From: Candidatus Bathyarchaeota archaeon
GTDB lineage: Archaea > Thermoproteota > Bathyarchaeia > 40CM-2-53-6
Length of the DNA stretch: 12,513 bases
Direction of reading: 5' to 3'
NCBI GenBank assembly: GCA_963833125.1
Contig: CAWHWX010000037.1
Span: forward strand, 1-12,513
In this document: piece by piece, positions 8,963-12,513 of the stretch
Numbering within the stretch: position 1 is the first letter of the stretch
Layout: each line of letters opens with the position of its first letter
The notes under the pieces: generated by a model
What the model saw: the letters and a program-made list of their open reading frames with translations, nothing else
What the model was told of the DNA's origin: nothing
Databases searched by the model: none
Position numbers and translations under genes: made by a program

Positions 8963-9792
8963 ATGACTTCAGAACTCTTAACGGAGTTGCGCAGTACTCC
9001 AGAAACCGACAAGAGAGCTCTCGATTTGTCTAACCTAAAGGAAAAAATGCGGGTAACTAGCCTAAACGCTGAATTCGCACGGAAAAAAGTCTTGGACGAC
9101 ATTTCAATCTCGTTTAAGGAAAATACCGTTACAGCCATAATCGGCCCTTCAGGATGCGGCAAGTCCACGTTTATCCGTTGCCTCAACAGAATGCACGAGG
9201 TCAACCCAGATGCATGGACTACCGGTCACATAATACTCGACGGCGAAGACATTCTTGCCCCCTCGATAGATCCTGTAGTCGTTCGTCGAAGGATAGGGAT
9301 GGTATTCCAAAAACCGAACCCATTCCCGACAATGTCAATTTACGATAACGTCAGGCAGGCCTTCGGTTGAATGGTGTTCACGATCGCAAGGTTATCGCTG
9401 AAAAGGTTGAAGAGAATCTTAGGAAATCGTTCCTTTGGGACGAGATCGGTGACAGGATAAAGGAATCGGGGACCAGCATTTCAGGTGGACAACAACAGCG
9501 GTTGTGCATCGCACGCACCTTAGCCGTGGAACCTGAAGTAATTCTCATGGACGAGCCGTGCTCAGCACTCGATCCCATAGCAACCGCAAAGATTGAAGAA
9601 CTCATAACCAAACTGAAGTCCACCTACACCGTAATCGTCGTAACGCACAACATGCAACAGGCAGCTCGCATCTCCGACCTCACCGGATTCCTATACCTTG
9701 GCAGGCTCATCGAGTATGGGCCGACGACAGAAATATTCCAGAACCCACACAATGAGCTCACAGAGCGCTACATTAGCGGAAAATTCGGGTGA
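8963..9792 (+). CDS. pstB: Phosphate ABC transporter ATPase PstB; one frameshift near 9355
   Basis: Walker [29 protein letters not shown], signature [13 protein letters not shown], Walker [23 protein letters not shown] and C-terminal YISGKFG. Confidence 0.96.
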
Positions 9793-9797
9793 AGCTC

Positions 9798-10422
9798 ATG
9801 CCGCGGCTCATGGACATGGGAGAAGAAAGGCTCTCCAGCGCAATCGTGGACATGTCAAACCTGGCCCAGGACTCAGTAGTGAAAGCCATCGAGGCCTACG
9901 AGAAGGGGCAGAAAGCAACTGACCTCGGCGCAAGAGAGCAGCTCAACTGGCGCAGTTAAGCGCGGAGGTTGAGGAACTTGGCGTCGACCTCTTGGCACGT
10001 TATCAGCCCGTAGCAACTGATCTACGTTTCATCAAATCCTGTCTTGAAATTGCTTATGGTTTTTCACGATTCGGCAGATACGCCTTCGACATCGCACTGG
10101 TTTTAGAGACGTATGGAGACTTATCGATTTGTGACAAATCGGTCGTTCACGAGTTAAGCGAGAAAGTTAACGGCATGATCGAAAGAAGCATCCAATCTTT
10201 CAGACTCACAACACGGAACTCGCTCGGTCATTACGAAAGGACGACGATGAGGTTGACAAAGTGTACTACAAGTACACCGCCACAATGGCCACCGATAAGT
10301 CCGTCACGGTTCGATGTGCCCTCGCATTTACTTTGGTGTTAAGATATTTAGAAAGAATTGCAGATCATGCCTGTTACATCGGAGACTCGGTTGTCTACAT
10401 TGTAACTGGATCGAAGGCTTGA
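9798..10422 (+). CDS. phoU: Phosphate transport regulator PhoU; indels near 9928 and 10205
   Basis: GGTGA SD overlaps the pstB stop. ATG 9798 gives MPRLMDMGEERL..., then LARYQPVATDLR...SRFGRYAFDIA, then DDDEVDKVY...RYLERIADHACYIGDSVVYIVTG to TGA 10420-10422. Confidence 0.9.
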
Positions 10423-10426
10423 GACC

Positions 10427-11549
10427 ATGAAAGCGAATACGCAGGATCCAAAGAAGAGAGAGAGGAAGAGCAATCTGCGCCTGAGGATCGATATGTGCGA
10501 CGTGTACAGGTCACTGGCCTGGGATCCTCACATAGTATCTTTGCCCAAGCCCTGGGTTCAGGAGGCAGGCCTGAGAAAAGGAGGAAGAGTTGAATTTAGT
10601 AAGCAGGAAAATTGGGGACTCACCCTTACACCATTCGGCACCACGAAGTACGATGACGAGCGTACTCGATGCGTCATGTCACTTAATTCCAATATCGACC
10701 CCGATGCTCTAACTAGAATGATCATCTCGCTCTACGTTGCGGGATATTCGACGATTGAGATTAGATCGAAGTCGGGCAATCTCTCATCTAAGATTCGAGA
10801 CACGATTCGTGATGTTGCGAGAGGTAAGCTTGTCGGAACAGAGTTAGTTACGGAGTCCGCCCAGAGCGCAACCCTGCAGGTGCTCTTAAGCTACCCTCAA
10901 CTGCTCGTACCGGACGCTCTGAGAAGAATGCTGTCAATTCTAAACGCTATGCAACAAGATTCAATGCAGGCTCTCTCAAGACTAGACAAAGACTTAGCAA
11001 ATCAAGTTGTCAAGATTGACGATGAGATCGACAGGTTCAGCCTGTACGTGATTAGGCAACTAAAGTGGGCAGTAAAACATCCCACCCTACTTTCGAGAAT
11101 CGGTTTATCCTCCCCCGTGGAATGCCTAGGGTTTAGGATCATCAGCAAGAGCGTTGAGCGTTCTTGCGGACCATGCTGCAAGGATCGGAGTGAACGTCAT
11201 TCTTCTGCAGCAGGCACCGGGGGCATCCTTGTTCAAGGATGCCAACGCACTAAGCCAGCAATCCTCAAGAATGATGGAGACCTCGCTTCGAGCTTTGTTC
11301 GCCAGCGATTACAAACTTGCTGAGAGCGTGCTTTTTGAAGGGGCGAAGGTTACTGATCTCGAGTCGAGGCTAGTTGAGAGATTACTGAAGGAGAAGCTTC
11401 CAGCGGGCGACCTCTCCGCAATGCGCTTGATTTCAGAAAGCCTGGGAAGAATCGGAGAATACGCAACCGACGTTGCGGAAGTGGTCCTCAATTCAACTAT
11501 TCAAAAAATGTTGGACCAAACGGACGGTATCGAGGCCGAGCCATATTAA
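10427..11549 (+). CDS. Archaeal phosphate uptake regulator: N-terminal AbrB/SpoVT-like DNA-binding domain plus PhoU repeats; indels near 10455, 10530 and 11160
   Basis: An alternative frame near 10490-10528 reads YVRRVQVTGLGS and joins IVSLPKPWV...GLRKG (AbrB-like). It continues with IISLYVAGY, DDEIDRFSLYVIRQL, SKSVER/LADHA and SESLGRIGEYATDVAEVVLN. Confidence 0.87.
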
Positions 11550-11561
11550 GTCACGTTGGCG

Positions 11562-11747
11562 CTAATCGGAAACCGATACGACGTGGATTCTAGGTCGAAA
11601 GACAGCCCTTGCGGTGATATTGACCGCATAGCCTCCATGCAGGCCACAAAACTCCTCGCACGATTCAGCGACGTCTACATCCGTATACCCGAAACCGCAA
11701 AGTTCACACACGTAGATCATTCCATATCTGCTCTGCCTTTGGTTCAA
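11562..11747 (-). CDS. Small Cys-rich putative zinc-finger protein (start uncertain; ATG at 11720 possible)
   Basis: YVCELCGFGY...AESCEEFCGLH: CxxC plus CxxxCxxH. Confidence 0.6.
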   Translation of the reverse strand: MNQRQSRYGMIYVCELCGFGYTDVDVAESCEEFCGLHGGYAVNITARAVFRPRIHVVSVSD

Positions 11748-11757
11748 CCAATATCTT

Positions 11758-11928
11758 TCACCAGGCTGTCAAACCGCGGCTAGCGGGACAGAGATCCTCC
11801 CTCATGTAGAATCCCTTGAAACTGCAATTGTCGCATTTCGCCCCTATGGGTGAATCGCCGTCGTCATAGTATAGGTTGAGGCTTAGGAGTCCACACTTCG
11901 GGCACTCGGATCCGATCTCTTTCTCCAT
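11758..11928 (-). CDS. Small CPxCG-type zinc-ribbon protein
   Basis: ATG 11928 gives MEKEIGSECPKCGLLSL...GAKCDNCSFKGF, with two CxxC knuckles. The extension to 12036 in the track ORF is unsupported. Confidence 0.6.
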   Translation of the reverse strand: MEKEIGSECPKCGLLSLNLYYDDGDSPIGAKCDNCSFKGFYMREDLCPASRGLTAW

Positions 11929-12119
11929 CGGCCAAGCATCCGATTGTCGTATACTATTTACTCCAGAACCAGGCGTCGCCCTCAGAAGGCGCAACTTCGG
12001 ATTCCAGGCTCCGTGTTTTTTCCTTGTCCGTGTCATTTTTCGTCGCGATAAATTGATCTTCTCAGGGATTTAGCAGGTTTTATCGTAATTCATTGCAGTA
12101 ACGTGATTTCCCATAATTC

Positions 12120-12242
12120 ATGGCACCGGGGCATGATTCGGAGGAAAAGGGCCTGCCTGACCAGCTGGAATGCCAAGAGATATTCGAATCAGGGGACTGG
12201 GTTTCCGGGGTCTCTTTAGATAGGGACTCCGGCAAGGTTTAA
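12120..12242 (+). CDS. Possible 40-aa acidic small ORF
   Basis: ATG 12120 to TAA 12242: MAPGHDSEEKGLPDQLECQEIFESGDWVSGVSLDRDSGKV. No recognisable motif. Confidence 0.2.
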   Translation: MAPGHDSEEKGLPDQLECQEIFESGDWVSGVSLDRDSGKV

Positions 12243-12279
12243 TATCGTTCTGCCTGTTCGCTAACGTAAATTTCGGTGA
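12238..12279 (+). promoter_or_regulatory. Putative TATA box and archaeal SD for rps13
   Basis: TTTAATAT at 12238-12245. GGTGA at 12275-12279, 7 nt before ATG 12287. Confidence 0.5.
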
Positions 12280-12286
12280 GCGAGTC

Positions 12287-12513
12287 ATGTCTAAGGATTT
12301 CAGGCTTGTCCTACGTGTCGCAGGCGCGAACGTCAGAGACGGCGCCAGAAGGTTGCCTACGGCATATCCCACATTCGGGGTGTGGGCCCAAGCTCGCGGC
12401 TGCCATAGTGAAGGCCACCGAAATCAAGCCTGAGCTTAGAATGGGCGACTTATCTGAAGCTGACGTGCAGAAGCTGGAAAACGAGGATGCGTGACCCCGC
12501 AAAGTATGGCTTG
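12287..12513 (+). CDS. rps13: 30S ribosomal protein S13 (uS13), archaeal type; 5' part, runs off the window; about 3 indels
   Basis: Joining frames gives MSKDFRLVLRVAGANV.DG / QKVAYGISHIRGVG / PKLAAAIVKATEIKPELRMGDLSEADVQKLE / MRDPAKYGL, matching the archaeal/eukaryotic uS13 N-terminus. Confidence 0.88.

Noticed and set aside
5623-9623. Opposite-strand ORFs overlapping pst genes (e.g. 5623..6003, 6665..6913, 8926..9204, 9378..9623)
   Set aside because: Typical antisense shadow ORFs of conserved ABC-transporter genes.
5706-11549. Calling the pst/phoU genes pseudogenes
   Set aside because: The motifs are intact, and the same kind of indel also hits essential rps13, which indicates sequencing error.
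12125-12200. TPP-riboswitch-like words (CCTGA...AATGCC...AGGGGA)
   Set aside because: There is no UGAGA pyrimidine-sensor motif, the P4/P5 pairing is not convincing, and no thiamine gene is adjacent.
1-12513. tRNA, rRNA, CRISPR array, transposase or integrase
   Set aside because: None recognisable by eye on either strand.

Overview
Archaeal phosphate/polyphosphate locus. An archaeal-type S13, AbrB-PhoU, GGTGA Shine-Dalgarno sites and small Cys-rich proteins suggest a TACK archaeon such as Bathyarchaeia or Nitrososphaerota (inference). In order: (i) a small DUF3291/ABM-like gene (-); (ii) a + strand polyP operon: Ppx/GppA-HD exopolyphosphatase, read in frame into thymidylate-kinase-like protein 1, then thymidylate-kinase-like protein 2 with a variant P-loop (the pair is most likely a heteromeric PPK3-type polyphosphate kinase, not dTMP kinase), then a protein with a 107-aa K/R/P-rich tail, a CHAD domain and a SixA domain; (iii) pstS-pstC-pstA (-), divergent from pstB-phoU-(AbrB-PhoU) (+), with palindromes in the shared intergenic region; (iv) two small Cys-rich genes (-) and the 5' part of rps13. 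Most genes, including essential rps13, carry small indels. This points to an unpolished read or assembly rather than pseudogenes, so gene boundaries and the apparent fusion need read-level confirmation. The main candidates for novelty are the apparent PPX-PPK3 fusion and the polycationic tail-CHAD-SixA protein, which could form a polyP-granule module, possibly co-regulated with Pst.
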